DNA of 63,659 bases, counting the filler. It is 9 parts of 9 records of this genome, joined end to end, with 100 filler letters (N's around TTAATTAATTAA, not from the genome) between each part and the next. Parts side by side here need not be neighbours in the genome. Positions count along the whole stretch, not along the records: positions 1 to 6,143 come from SRR31156797_75510; positions 6,244 to 16,362 come from SRR31156797_75772; 7 more parts are not named here. One strand, written 5' to 3'. The translations under genes and the position numbers were made by a program. Below the pieces are notes generated by a model, which made no database searches, had not been told where the DNA came from, and was given only the letters and a program-made list of their open reading frames with translations. Shown in pieces: positions 1 to 9,875 of this stretch; positions within the stretch are counted from its first letter, which is position 1; every line of letters starts with the position of its first letter.

Positions 1-138
1 TGTGAAGTTATTTTTTCGCGAGCCCTAAAGTGAGCCCGCCATTTGCTGCTGGAGTTGTTGGTTGCAAGCTCTGCCCCTGGCATGCTGGTGGTGGTTGATG
101 GACCGAATCCCCATGCAAAGCGCAAAACCAGACAAACA

Positions 139-780
139 TTAAAAATGGAACATGGCTCCAACGTAAAACATGGGACCGTCAAAACCTCCGCCGCCGCCCT
201 TTATGCCGGCGTCGGAAATATGCAAATACCGTGCGCCGCCCATCATACTGACCCGATCGCTAACGTGAAGCATTCCGCCGAGCCCAGCCAACAACCGAAA
301 GTTAAAGTGCCGGTTGCCGGAAAATTCAGTGGATTGCATCTGAAGGCCGCCGCCGCCGTCTACATATAGAGACCATAGATCATCAATGTCCCAGGAAAAA
401 TGCCGACGGAATAGAACGTCCAGACCGACGGCAATGCCATTATTATCGATATCGGAACGGATATAGGCACCCAGCACATCAATGCTGACCGACAGGTAAT
501 CTCTTAGAAAATGACTGTATCCAACATGAAGGGCATACATTTCTCCCTTATTATAATCGCCCGCGGCCACGGAAGCATATGTCTGCCACATTTGAGTTCC
601 CTTGGAAAAGTTATTTGTGCTGGCTATTGAAAGGTTCTTTTTCTCCGGAGTCCCATTGGCCGCAGTGGTTTCGGTGGCGGGGCCGCTGTCCACTGATTTT
701 GACTCCTTTGCTTCAAGTTCAAAATGAACAAGGCTAACAAAGAGGATCGTCGATAGAAAGATGAGTGATTTTGATCGCAT
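139..780 (-). CDS. Outer-membrane beta-barrel, PagL/acyloxyacyl hydrolase (lipid A 3-O-deacylase)-like
   Basis: Signal peptide, amphipathic beta strands, C-terminal Phe; RYLHISDAG resembles the PagL H-x-S-N-A catalytic motif. Confidence 0.6.
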   Translation of the reverse strand: MRSKSLIFLSTILFVSLVHFELEAKESKSVDSGPATETTAANGTPEKKNLSIASTNNFSKGTQMWQTYASVAAGDYNKGEMYALHVGYSHFLRDYLSVSIDVLGAYIRSDIDNNGIAVGLDVLFRRHFSWDIDDLWSLYVDGGGGLQMQSTEFSGNRHFNFRLLAGLGGMLHVSDRVSMMGGARYLHISDAGIKGGGGGFDGPMFYVGAMFHF

Positions 781-942
781 ACCTTGCTCTGTCTTTTATA
801 GAATTAATATCGAAAATTCCGAAGCCTTGCAACATCCATCCTTCGGGTTTACCCTCTCTCTATTTTTCTTTATCACCCTACAAAAAAGGTAAGGGGCCGC
901 AATGACAGAATTAAAAAACGGAAGGCCATTTAAAAAATGGAA

Positions 943-969
943 CGGGGGTTGGCATTTCTGCAACCCCCG
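943..969 (-). terminator. Possible terminator hairpin downstream of cobT
   Basis: CGGGGGTTG-N9-CAACCCCCG perfect 9-bp stem; TTCCATTTTTT follows on the minus strand. Confidence 0.4.
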
Positions 970-1159
970 AAGGTGTTCTCAGAGTGGAAGATTTCGGATG
1001 CAGCCTTTCTATCATGCTCGGCATTAACCGTAACCGGCACCTTTCCGGTGGCAACAATCAATGTTCCACGGGCAAAAGGGTTCGCTTTTCCCAAAAGGCC
1101 TCCCGAAAGATGGAGGTGCGAATGCTATCGGCGCCTGGCTTCGCTATCGTTTCTGATTC

Positions 1160-2221
1160 CTATTTGTCCGCAACCCCCGCCTCTTCAAAAGAGGCCATCT
1201 CCCTCATGATCCGGCAGGCGGCGGAGACGATCTCAATGGTCAGTGCAGCACCGGTCCCTTCTCCAAGGCGCAGGTTCAGATCCACCACCGGCTCCAGGCT
1301 CATTTTATCCAGTGCTGCGGCCTGACCGATCTCCACGGATCGGTGGCCGCTGATCAGATAACCACCGATCTTCGGCTGGATCAGATAGGCCACAAGCCCT
1401 GCGGCCGTTGAAATAATCCCATCCAATACAACCGCCACACCTTCGGAAGCGGCTGCCAGGGCCGCCCCGGCAATGCCTGCAATCTCTAAACCGCCGACCT
1501 TGCATAAGATATCCAACCCGTCTTTAGCATCCGGTTTGTGGAAATCCAGCGCCTTTCTGATGACGCCGACTTTTTTTCGAAAACCCGCATCATCAATACC
1601 GGTTCCCCGCCCCGTAGCCTTTTCCGGTTCGACACCGGTGGCGGCACTGATGATGGCCGAAGCGGATGTGGTGTTGCCGATACCCATTTCACCGAGGCCG
1701 AGAATGTGCATGGGATCTTTGGCATGGGCATCGAAAAAACAGGACATCCCTGCCTCCAGGGCCTGAAGAGCCTCCTCCCGGGTCATGGCAGGCTCAATGG
1801 CAAAGTTGCGCGTACCGTAACGGATTTTTTTGTCGATCAGTTCGGTATGAGGTTCCAGTTCCCCATTCACCCCCATGTCAATGATACGTATCTTTATATC
1901 ATTGTGGCGGCATAGCACGTTGATCGCTGCACCGCCGTTTAGAAAATTGAGAACCATCTGAGCGGTGACTTCCGACGGAAATGCGGAGACACCTTCCTCC
2001 GTAACGCCGTGGTCGGCGGCAAACACCATCAGAGCTTTGGTATCAATTTGCGGGGAGAGGTTCTTCTGGATCAGGCACATCTGAATGGCCAGTGTCTCCA
2101 GCTGGCCAAGAGATCCCGGCGGTTTTGTTTTGTTGTCGATTTTGTGCTGGGCAGCCGGCAGCAAGTCATCGGATACGGTTTGAATGGTATCACAAGTACG
2201 GTCAAACAAACGGTTGTTCAT
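1160..2221 (-). CDS. cobT: Nicotinate-nucleotide--dimethylbenzimidazole phosphoribosyltransferase
   Basis: Hallmark motifs TKPPGSLGQLE, FAADHGV, GEMGIGNTT, LRLGEGTGA, MASFEEAGV. Confidence 0.96.
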   Translation of the reverse strand: MNNRLFDRTCDTIQTVSDDLLPAAQHKIDNKTKPPGSLGQLETLAIQMCLIQKNLSPQIDTKALMVFAADHGVTEEGVSAFPSEVTAQMVLNFLNGGAAINVLCRHNDIKIRIIDMGVNGELEPHTELIDKKIRYGTRNFAIEPAMTREEALQALEAGMSCFFDAHAKDPMHILGLGEMGIGNTTSASAIISAATGVEPEKATGRGTGIDDAGFRKKVGVIRKALDFHKPDAKDGLDILCKVGGLEIAGIAGAALAAASEGVAVVLDGIISTAAGLVAYLIQPKIGGYLISGHRSVEIGQAAALDKMSLEPVVDLNLRLGEGTGAALTIEIVSAACRIMREMASFEEAGVADK

Positions 2222-2480
2222 CGATCCTCCAATTGATTGGGTTGCGGGAATCGATTCTGCAGTCGACGCCCTGGAAAAAAGTGAATGGGTTTGTCCGAAC
2301 GGGGGAAAGAAGGCAACGTTCTACGAAGGCGAGAGGTCCATAGCAAGGGGACCGATCAACAGAAAAACCGCAACGTAGCGTACCAGTATCCCATCATCCG
2401 GCAAACGGACAAAAACGATACGGATCGCTTCCAGCGGGCATCCTATGAACAGTTGGGCCTATGGCCCTCGATGAATCCCA

Positions 2481-2652
2481 GGCAGGCTTTCTGGCTTACG
2501 GGCTCCTTGCATGCGTCTACTCACCGGGCCTTCCCATCGATAACCCTTCGACAGTGGTCTGTCACCGGCTTTCGTTCCCGAATACAGCAATGGCTGGTAT
2601 GCGATGGATTCTCACCATCTTTCCTTTTAACGGGATCCCGATCCCGCACCTG
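2481..2652 (-). promoter_or_regulatory. Cobalamin riboswitch in the cobT leader
   Basis: Minus strand reads AGGTGC...TTAAAAGGAAAG-ATGGTGAGAATCCAT...CTGTA...ACCACTG...GGGAAGG...AAGCCAGAAAGCCTGCC, the ordered B12-element motifs, upstream of a B12 gene. Confidence 0.85.
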
Positions 2653-2767
2653 TTTGTTTCTCCCCTACAGGATCGGCGGTACCACTGTCAATTATTTTGC
2701 AAAGAAAATTTTGATGGTTACTTTGCAACCTATCAACCCATAAAGTAAACGCTCACAGGAGAGAAAA

Positions 2768-3853
2768 ATGACTGAAAATATACTGTTTAAACCACTGAAA
2801 ATATCAGATTTAGAACTAAGCAACAGAATTGTAATGGCCCCCATGACCAGGGGCAGGGCTGGTGAAACGCGTATCCCAAACGAGATGATGGCCGAATACT
2901 ATTTCCAGCGTGCTTCGGCTGGTCTATTGATCACCGAGGCAACCGTTGTTTCTCCGCAAGGCAACGGCTGGATCGGTTCACCTGGAATTTACAACGATGA
3001 GATGATACAGGGTTGGCGGATTGTTACCAGCAAGCTCAAACCCACAGGAACACCACTTTTTTTGCAGTTGTGGCATTGCGGCAGAGCGTCTCACAGTGAT
3101 TTTCACGGCGGTACGTTGCCGGTTTCCGCCTCTGATGTCAAACTCAATGGCGATCAAATTCACACCCCTTTTGGGAAAAAGGACTATGAAGCGCCGCGAC
3201 CTTTGGCCATCGACGAAATCAGACAGACGGTGAACGATTATCGAACCGCCGCAAAGAACGCAAAAAATGCCGGATTCAGCGGCATTGAAGTTCACGCGGC
3301 CAACGGCTACCTCATCAATCAGTTTCTGGACTCGAAAACAAATCTAAGAACGGATGAATACGGAGGCAGCCTGGAGAACAAATATCGCCTTCTCAAGGAA
3401 GTGCTGGCAGCCGTTCTGGAGGTTTGGCCGTCCAGGCGCGTCGGCGTCAGACTGTCTCCCAACGGCGTATTCAACGATATGGGAAGTCCCGATTTCAGGG
3501 AAACCTACCTCTACATCATCAAAGAACTGAACCGGCTCAAGCTCGGCTATGTCCACATCATGGATGGACTTGCATTCGGTTTTCACCAACAGGGGGAAGC
3601 CATGACCCTTGGTGAATTTCGATCCGAGTATGACGGCATCATTATGGGAAATTGCGGATACACCAAAGAAGATGCAGAACAGCGCCTGGAAACCGGCCAT
3701 GCGGATCTGGCAGCTTTTGGCCGCCCTTATATCACGAACCCGGACCTGGTCGAAAGGCTGCAAAACAACTGGCCGCTCGCCCCGGCAGAAGATATGACGT
3801 TTTGGTATACGCCGGATGCTCAAGGGTATACTGATTATGAAAATTATCGCTGA
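2768..3853 (+). CDS. Old yellow enzyme / alkene reductase (NemA-like)
   Basis: NRIVMAPMTR, QLWHCGR, EVHAANGYLINQF, RTDEYGGSLEN, FGRPYITNPDL; GGAG SD. Confidence 0.93.
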   Translation: MTENILFKPLKISDLELSNRIVMAPMTRGRAGETRIPNEMMAEYYFQRASAGLLITEATVVSPQGNGWIGSPGIYNDEMIQGWRIVTSKLKPTGTPLFLQLWHCGRASHSDFHGGTLPVSASDVKLNGDQIHTPFGKKDYEAPRPLAIDEIRQTVNDYRTAAKNAKNAGFSGIEVHAANGYLINQFLDSKTNLRTDEYGGSLENKYRLLKEVLAAVLEVWPSRRVGVRLSPNGVFNDMGSPDFRETYLYIIKELNRLKLGYVHIMDGLAFGFHQQGEAMTLGEFRSEYDGIIMGNCGYTKEDAEQRLETGHADLAAFGRPYITNPDLVERLQNNWPLAPAEDMTFWYTPDAQGYTDYENYR

Positions 3854-3911
3854 ACAATATGTAAACGTCAGGGTGAAGTACTCAAAGGTTCCGGGTTGAT
3901 TCCATCACCTT

Positions 3912-3948
3912 TTTCAAACAGGGTCTTTGGCAAAGGCCCTGTTTGAAA
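3912..3948. terminator. Bidirectional terminator between convergent genes
   Basis: TTTCAAACAGGGTCTTT-GGC-AAAGGCCCTGTTTGAAA long inverted repeat. Confidence 0.7.
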
Positions 3949-3951
3949 TTG

Positions 3952-4965
3952 TTAGACACCATCCCAGTATAGCGTCCCGGAATCCCAATCATAAACGCCG
4001 TCTCCATCCGTATCCGCCTCGGCCTGAAACGTACCGCCGGATCGACAGGTCAGCCGAGCCGTAGTGGGACCGCCGGACGGACCATTTTTTCCAATGGCAA
4101 GCAACACCCCTGAAACCGGTACCATCCCATCAACAGTGAAAGAGAGGTTTTCCTGGGTGGTCAGGGTGACATACCCATAATCAGGATGATAATATTTTCC
4201 TGATATGTTGATCGTCATTGTCGAAACATCATCGACAACGAGCAAATGATAATCATTCAACCAGAACACATCGCTGCTTTGAGAATCCTCAATGAAAAGG
4301 TTCATGGTTATCCCTGTCTCAAAATCCTCATGCACGAGATACATTGTACCGTCAATAATGAAAGAGCTTGATGCATCGCTTCCCTTTAATTTATTGAAAT
4401 CGAAAGACATGCTCTCGAACTGACCCGTTGAAGGGTCGATCATGCCGGTAAAAGAAGTTTTCCCGTTCAAGGTAGCATTGGATGCGCAATAGTCCAAAAA
4501 GGTCAGGTCTCCCCAAATTTCGCCAGTCGCATCATCGACGCTGAAATTACCGGTTCCTTGGCCGCCGCAGTTTCCTTCAACCGTCTCCTGACTCGTGCGA
4601 ACAGTCATGATGGAGCCTGTCGGCGACAGTACGTTTTCACTGGCGGCAGACACAGCTTCCTCCATCATTTCAGCAAGATAAAAGGGCGAGAAATTGTGTG
4701 CATCACTTTTTTGGTTGGATGCTTGCATCGTGGTAAACCCGCCCAGAACATTGCCGCGAATCCCATTGTCAACGGCTCCGGTGGTCACTTCAGCAGCGTT
4801 CGACGAATCGATCAGGATTTTATCGGTTGATCCGTTGTAAGCAAGGGATGCCTGGTCTTCATTGCTCGCATTGCCGCCTCCACCGCCACATGCGGCTGAC
4901 AAAAGAAGACAAAAAACAATGGACATGCGAATTAACGCTTTTTGTTTATTTCGGACGGCTTGCAT
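3952..4965 (-). CDS. Hypothetical acidic beta-rich lipoprotein
   Basis: ATG 4965 follows AGGAGG; lipobox LSAA-C then GGGGG; C-terminal DTDGDG. Confidence 0.7.
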   Translation of the reverse strand: MQAVRNKQKALIRMSIVFCLLLSAACGGGGGNASNEDQASLAYNGSTDKILIDSSNAAEVTTGAVDNGIRGNVLGGFTTMQASNQKSDAHNFSPFYLAEMMEEAVSAASENVLSPTGSIMTVRTSQETVEGNCGGQGTGNFSVDDATGEIWGDLTFLDYCASNATLNGKTSFTGMIDPSTGQFESMSFDFNKLKGSDASSSFIIDGTMYLVHEDFETGITMNLFIEDSQSSDVFWLNDYHLLVVDDVSTMTINISGKYYHPDYGYVTLTTQENLSFTVDGMVPVSGVLLAIGKNGPSGGPTTARLTCRSGGTFQAEADTDGDGVYDWDSGTLYWDGV

Positions 4966-5315
4966 TCTTCCTCCTGTTTCAATACCGGTCGGACAAGCAA
5001 ATGAAGGAAACCGGGTTTGCTCATCGATTGAATCCGTTGCCACTTCTTGCCTTTGTACGCGCCATTACAGTAGCATTAATCATACCGAAAGGTAAGTATT
5101 AAATTTATACAACATTTCAACATGTTAACAATTTGTGTCCATGAAGATGGCGCCAATTTTTTGATTTAGGGGTGTTTTAAAGCGGCGTCTTTAGGGATCT
5201 AAACAAAATTGTTAGCCTGGTTCTCTTAAAAAATGAACCATTCTTGGGAGAATTAAAGATTCAAGAGCGTCCCGCACGATTGTTGTAGCGTCCAAGCCTA
5301 TCAAGTGCCTTGCGC

Positions 5316-6143
5316 TTAAGGGATAATTTCCTCTTTTAACATGCAGCAGGCAACTTTGTAGGTGAGATTGCCATCGACTGTGGATTCAAGATTGTCGGGC
5401 TGGATGATGCGGTTCATGACACAGCCTTCTGGAATTGAAAGAGGAAATAGATCCGCCTCGTTGACTTTGGGCGTCTCGATCAATCGGTCATCTCTGATTT
5501 CAAGGCTGTGCAGGGGATAATCTTCGCACAAAGGGCATTGATATACGCGGCCGTTGGGAAAGATGAAGTAATTGTCCGCGACTAGACCTGCGCATTCAAA
5601 TGCTTCGTCAGGCTTCAGGAAAACCTTGGGAAAGGTGGTAGTGATTCCTTGTTTCGCAGCGGCTTCAGCCACCTTCGGAATAACTTCTAGCCAGGTATCC
5701 TTGTTTACCTGGCCCAGGTCTTCACGTTGCTTTTCGTCTCCAACCCATTTCCCCCGGATACCGATCACCTGGATAAAAAACCGGTCCACACCCCACTCGG
5801 CCAACAGGCGAGGCATACGATGCAGATAATCGATGTTGGCCCTGCTGACGGTATAGATGAGGCTTACGGAGAACCCCCGTTTTTTGGCCTCTTTGATTCC
5901 TTGGGTGCATTTGGTAAAACTACCTTTACCGCGCAGAGGATCGTTGATTTCACGATTCGGACCGTCCAGGCTGAAGCTGAAAAAATCCACCTCAGCCGGT
6001 GTCACCCGATCTAAAATGTCATGGAAAAGATAACCGTTCGTGTCGATCGTAACGGACTCGTATCCCAGCGTCCGCGATCGTTTAACGGCGAGGGACAGTT
6101 CGGGATGAAGAGTCGGTTCTCCGCCTAGAAAAATTACATTGGG
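5316..6143 (-). CDS. Radical SAM protein, 5'-truncated
   Basis: Frame extends to the contig edge: VIFLGGEPTLHP...IDTNG...FSLDG; Cys-rich C-terminus. The CxxxCxxC motif is not in the window. Confidence 0.8.
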   Translation of the reverse strand, partial: PNVIFLGGEPTLHPELSLAVKRSRTLGYESVTIDTNGYLFHDILDRVTPAEVDFFSFSLDGPNREINDPLRGKGSFTKCTQGIKEAKKRGFSVSLIYTVSRANIDYLHRMPRLLAEWGVDRFFIQVIGIRGKWVGDEKQREDLGQVNKDTWLEVIPKVAEAAAKQGITTTFPKVFLKPDEAFECAGLVADNYFIFPNGRVYQCPLCEDYPLHSLEIRDDRLIETPKVNEADLFPLSIPEGCVMNRIIQPDNLESTVDGNLTYKVACCMLKEEIIP

Positions 6144-6243
6144 NNNNNNNNNNNNNNNNNNNNNNNNNNNNNNNNNNNNNNNNNNNNTTAATTAATTAAN
6201 NNNNNNNNNNNNNNNNNNNNNNNNNNNNNNNNNNNNNNNNNNN
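6144..6243. other. Artificial contig spacer 1
   Basis: N44-TTAATTAATTAA-N44. Confidence 0.99.
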
Positions 6244-6244
6244 C

Positions 6245-6838
6245 CGCGAAGATCTTTTCTATCGGTTGAATGTATTCCCAATTGAGATGCCTTCGCTGAA
6301 AGAGCGCAAAGAAGATATTCCACTGCTATTGCGCGAGTTAATGACTCGCTTGGAAGCGGAAGGTGCGCAACCGGTGTGTTATACCCCAAGAGCGATTAAT
6401 TCTTTGGTCGAGCATGACTGGCCAGGCAATGTTCGCGAGTTGGCTAACCTGGTTGAACGAATGGTGATTTTGTACCCGAATAGCTTGGTTGATGTGAATC
6501 ACTTACCGACCAAGTATCGTTACAGTGATATTCCAGAGTTTCAACCAGAGCCTAGTCGATTCAGTTCGGTTGAAGAACAAGAGCGTGACGCGTTGGATAA
6601 TATCTTCGCCGAAGACTTCTGTTTAAGTGAAGATGATGTCGCTTCTGATATTGATGTCCCCCAATCGCTTCCACCAGAAGGCGTAAATCTAAAAGAGTTG
6701 CTGGCTGATCTGGAAGTGAACTTGATTAACCAGGCACTTGAAGCTCAAGGTGGTGTGGTGGCAAGAGCCGCGGATATGCTGGGCATGCGACGTACCACAC
6801 TGGTTGAAAAAATGCGTAAATACAATATGCAACGTTAA
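6245..6838 (+). CDS. flrA: Sigma-54 flagellar master regulator FlrA (FlaK), 5'-truncated
   Basis: REDLFYRLNVFPI, WPGNVREL, C-terminal HTH RRTTLVEKMRKY; upstream of flrBC. Confidence 0.92.
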   Translation, partial: REDLFYRLNVFPIEMPSLKERKEDIPLLLRELMTRLEAEGAQPVCYTPRAINSLVEHDWPGNVRELANLVERMVILYPNSLVDVNHLPTKYRYSDIPEFQPEPSRFSSVEEQERDALDNIFAEDFCLSEDDVASDIDVPQSLPPEGVNLKELLADLEVNLINQALEAQGGVVARAADMLGMRRTTLVEKMRKYNMQR

Positions 6839-6909
6839 CCAATGACCCTGTGTTAGGTAAGTCAATTTATTGTCGTTAAGTTAACTTGTTGAAAAATAAA
6901 ATAATAGTC

Positions 6910-6925
6910 TGGCATGTATCTTGCG
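6910..6925 (+). promoter_or_regulatory. Sigma-54 promoter of flrBC
   Basis: TGGCAT-GTATC-TTGC, -24/-12 spacing. Confidence 0.8.
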
Positions 6926-6964
6926 TGTCAGACTATTGTTGTATTTAAAGGCAGATTATCGACG

Positions 6965-8017
6965 ATGGTAGGCGACGTGCAGGAACAGCATTCACATTTA
7001 GACTCATTAGAAGATCAAGTTGAACGTTACAAGCAGGTACTTGATGTCATGCCTGCTGGTGTGATCTTGTTAGATACTCAAGGTGTGGTTCGAGAAGCTA
7101 ACCCTGAAGCGGAACGTATTCTGGAAATTCCGCTGCTGGGGGAGAGATGGTTTTCTATTATTCAACTTGCTTTCGCTCCTCGTGAAGATGATGGTCATGA
7201 AATTTCCTTACGCAATGGCCGTAAAGTACGTCTGGCGATCTCCGCGTCGAATACTGGGCAACTCATTTTAATTACCGACCTAACTGAAACTCGTTTATTG
7301 CAAGCTCGAGTGAGTGATTTGCAACGTTTGTCCTCTTTAGGTCGAATGGTCGCTTCACTGGCACATCAGGTTAGAACACCGTTATCAAGCGCGATGCTTT
7401 ATGCCTCAAACCTTGGTGCGCCAAATTTACCCGCCCCTACCCGCGAGCGATTTCAAAACAAATTGATGGATCGGCTGCATGATCTGGAGAAACAGGTCAA
7501 TGATATGTTGTTGTTTGCCAAAGGTGGCGACAACAAAGTGGTGAAGCCATTCTCGATCGCTCAGTTGGTTACCGAGTTTTCGCCTATGGTGGAAACGGCG
7601 CTTAAAAACAATCAAGTTGATTTTTGCCTCGAAGTTGAAGAGCAAGAGACTATGCTAATGGGCAATGCTAATGCGATAGCTTCAGCGCTAAGTAATTTGG
7701 TCATGAATGCCATTCAGATCGCAGGTAAAGAATCTCAGCTGGATGTGTTTTTCCGTCCGGTGAATGGCGAGCTGAAAATATCGGTGCAGGACAATGGTCC
7801 GGGCGTTCCGAAAGAGATACAAACCAAAATCATGGAGCCGTTTTATACCACTCGTTCGCAAGGGACAGGCTTAGGGCTTGCTGTTGTGCAGATGGTTTGT
7901 CGTGCTCATGATGGCCGTTTAGAGTTGATTTCCGAAGAAGGTGATGGCGCATGCTTTACTATGTGTATCCCTTTTCAAAATCATACAGATTCCACTAATA
8001 CAGAAACTGGAGAATGA
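6965..8017 (+). CDS. flrB: PAS sensor histidine kinase FlrB (FlaL)
   Basis: LAHQVRTPL H-box, DNGPG, GTGLGL. ATG 6914 lies inside the promoter, so the start is moved to 6965. Confidence 0.92.
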   Translation: MVGDVQEQHSHLDSLEDQVERYKQVLDVMPAGVILLDTQGVVREANPEAERILEIPLLGERWFSIIQLAFAPREDDGHEISLRNGRKVRLAISASNTGQLILITDLTETRLLQARVSDLQRLSSLGRMVASLAHQVRTPLSSAMLYASNLGAPNLPAPTRERFQNKLMDRLHDLEKQVNDMLLFAKGGDNKVVKPFSIAQLVTEFSPMVETALKNNQVDFCLEVEEQETMLMGNANAIASALSNLVMNAIQIAGKESQLDVFFRPVNGELKISVQDNGPGVPKEIQTKIMEPFYTTRSQGTGLGLAVVQMVCRAHDGRLELISEEGDGACFTMCIPFQNHTDSTNTETGE

Positions 8018-9429
8018 TGATGGCACAAAGCAAAGTCTTAATCGTTGAAGATGATGAAGGCCTACGCGAAGCCTTAGTAGATACCTTAGCTCTGGCTGGA
8101 TATGAATGGCTGGAAGCGGATAGCGCGGAAGACGCATTGGTGAAACTAAAAAGCCATTCTGTGGATATTGTGGTTTCTGATGTACAAATGGGTGGTATGG
8201 GCGGTCTCGCTTTGTTGAAAAACATCAAGCAGCACTGGCCAAATCTCCCTGTCTTGCTCATGACCGCTTATGCCAACATTGAAGACGCAGTATCAGCGAT
8301 GAAAGATGGTGCCATTGACTATATGGCCAAACCATTTGCGCCTGAAGTTCTGCTTAATATGGTTAGCCGTTACGCCCCAGTGAAGTCGGATGATAATGGT
8401 GATGCTGTTGTGGCTGATGAGAAGAGCCTTAAGTTATTGGCTTTGGCAGACAAAGTGGCAAAAACGGATGCCAACGTCATGATTCTTGGTCCTAGCGGTT
8501 CGGGGAAAGAAGTGATGTCGCGCTACATTCATAACGCCTCTTTACGCAAAGATGGGCCTTTTGTTGCGATAAACTGTGCAGCCATTCCTGACAACATGCT
8601 TGAAGCAACCTTATTTGGGTATGAAAAAGGTGCGTTTACCGGTGCGGTTCAAGCGTGTCCGGGCAAGTTCGAACAAGCTCAGGGCGGTACTATCTTGCTG
8701 GATGAAATCAGTGAGATGGATCTTAACCTGCAAGCGAAACTGCTTCGTGTTCTTCAAGAACGAGAAGTAGAACGCTTGGGTAGCCGCAAGAGTATTAAGC
8801 TTGATGTACGCGTACTGGCAACCAGTAACCGAGATCTCAAGCAGTATGTACAAGAAGGTAACTTCCGTGAAGACTTGTATTACCGTTTGAATGTTTTCCC
8901 AATATCATGGCCAGCACTAAAAGATCGTAAAGCGGATATAGAGCCGTTAGCTAACCACTTGATTGAACGAAACTGTCAAAAACTGGGAATGCCAGTGCCT
9001 AAACTTTCGGTTGCTGCGGTGACGAAGTTAAATGCCTATGCTTGGCCGGGTAATGTCCGGGAGTTGGATAACGTCGTGCAGCGTGCTCTGATTTTGAGTG
9101 AGCAAGGCCACATCGAGCAAGATCATATCTTATTGGAAGGTTTAGATTGGCAAGATGCTTCTGGGCTTCAACAAATTGTTGAAGGCAGTGAGCCTGTTGC
9201 ACCCCCTGACATTAAGCCTGTCGCGCAGGTCGACAACAGTAAGTTAAGCAGCAGTAGTGCTGGTTTAGGGGGAGAACTACGCGACCAAGAGTTTGCCATT
9301 ATTATGGAAACCTTGATTGAGTGTAATGGCCGGCGCAAAGAAATGGCTGAAAAATTAGGAATTAGTCCTCGAACGTTACGCTATAAATTGGCTAAAATGC
9401 GCGACGCAGGAATGGATATTCCAGGGTAA
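8014..9429 (+). CDS. flrC: Sigma-54 response regulator FlrC (FlaM)
   Basis: Receiver domain, GPSGSGKE, GAFTGA, HTH SPRTLRYKL. Confidence 0.95.
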   Translation: MMMAQSKVLIVEDDEGLREALVDTLALAGYEWLEADSAEDALVKLKSHSVDIVVSDVQMGGMGGLALLKNIKQHWPNLPVLLMTAYANIEDAVSAMKDGAIDYMAKPFAPEVLLNMVSRYAPVKSDDNGDAVVADEKSLKLLALADKVAKTDANVMILGPSGSGKEVMSRYIHNASLRKDGPFVAINCAAIPDNMLEATLFGYEKGAFTGAVQACPGKFEQAQGGTILLDEISEMDLNLQAKLLRVLQEREVERLGSRKSIKLDVRVLATSNRDLKQYVQEGNFREDLYYRLNVFPISWPALKDRKADIEPLANHLIERNCQKLGMPVPKLSVAAVTKLNAYAWPGNVRELDNVVQRALILSEQGHIEQDHILLEGLDWQDASGLQQIVEGSEPVAPPDIKPVAQVDNSKLSSSSAGLGGELRDQEFAIIMETLIECNGRRKEMAEKLGISPRTLRYKLAKMRDAGMDIPG

Positions 9430-9436
9430 ATTATAT

Positions 9437-9469
9437 AAATGCCAGTGGCTTAGCTGCTGGCATTTCTTT
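9437..9469 (+). terminator. Terminator after flrC
   Basis: AAATGCCAGTGGC-TTA-GCTGCTGGCATTT then CTTT. Confidence 0.6.
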
Positions 9470-9480
9470 ATTATACTAAG

Positions 9481-9496
9481 TGGCACATAAATTGCT
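9481..9496 (+). promoter_or_regulatory. Sigma-54 promoter of the fliE operon
   Basis: TGGCAC-ATAAA-TTGCT, consensus match. Confidence 0.88.
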
Positions 9497-9548
9497 GCAT
9501 TACTAAACAGAGATAGAGTTTAGTCAAAGTTCTGGCATTGAGGTAGTA

Positions 9549-9860
9549 ATGAATATAAACGGTTTACAGAGCGAAATGCAGGCGATGATGGTAGAAGCTT
9601 CCAATTCACGCCCAGCTCCAACAGGACAAAAAATTGGCGCAGATTTTGGTGATATGCTTTCTAGTGCTATCAACAATGTAAATGGTCTTCAGAAAACCTC
9701 AGGCGATTTACAAATGCGCTTTGACCGTGGAGATGAAGGTATCTCTCTATCCGATGTCATGATCGCTCGAAATAAGTCGAGTGTGGCATTTGAAGCTACG
9801 ATTCAAGTACGCAACAAGCTGGTTGAAGCGTACAAAGAATTGATGAACATGCCAGTTTAA
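9549..9860 (+). CDS. fliE: Hook-basal body protein FliE
   Basis: VRNKLVEAYKELMNMPV C-terminus. Confidence 0.97.
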   Translation: MNINGLQSEMQAMMVEASNSRPAPTGQKIGADFGDMLSSAINNVNGLQKTSGDLQMRFDRGDEGISLSDVMIARNKSSVAFEATIQVRNKLVEAYKELMNMPV

Positions 9861-9875
9861 TAGTAGGTGTGAACT

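Noticed and set aside
1065..1125. GGGCAAA...GCCTCC resembling a c-di-GMP-I riboswitch
   Set aside because: Lacks the GAAA tetraloop stem and GACGCAAA junction in the right order, and there is no co-oriented downstream gene
2285..2748. Plus-strand ORFs of 152 and 95 aa
   Set aside because: Antisense to the cobalamin riboswitch leader, with no protein motifs
6188..6199. Recurring TTAATTAATTAA as a repeat or CRISPR-like element
   Set aside because: Always centred in N-runs of fixed length; an artificial six-frame-stop linker
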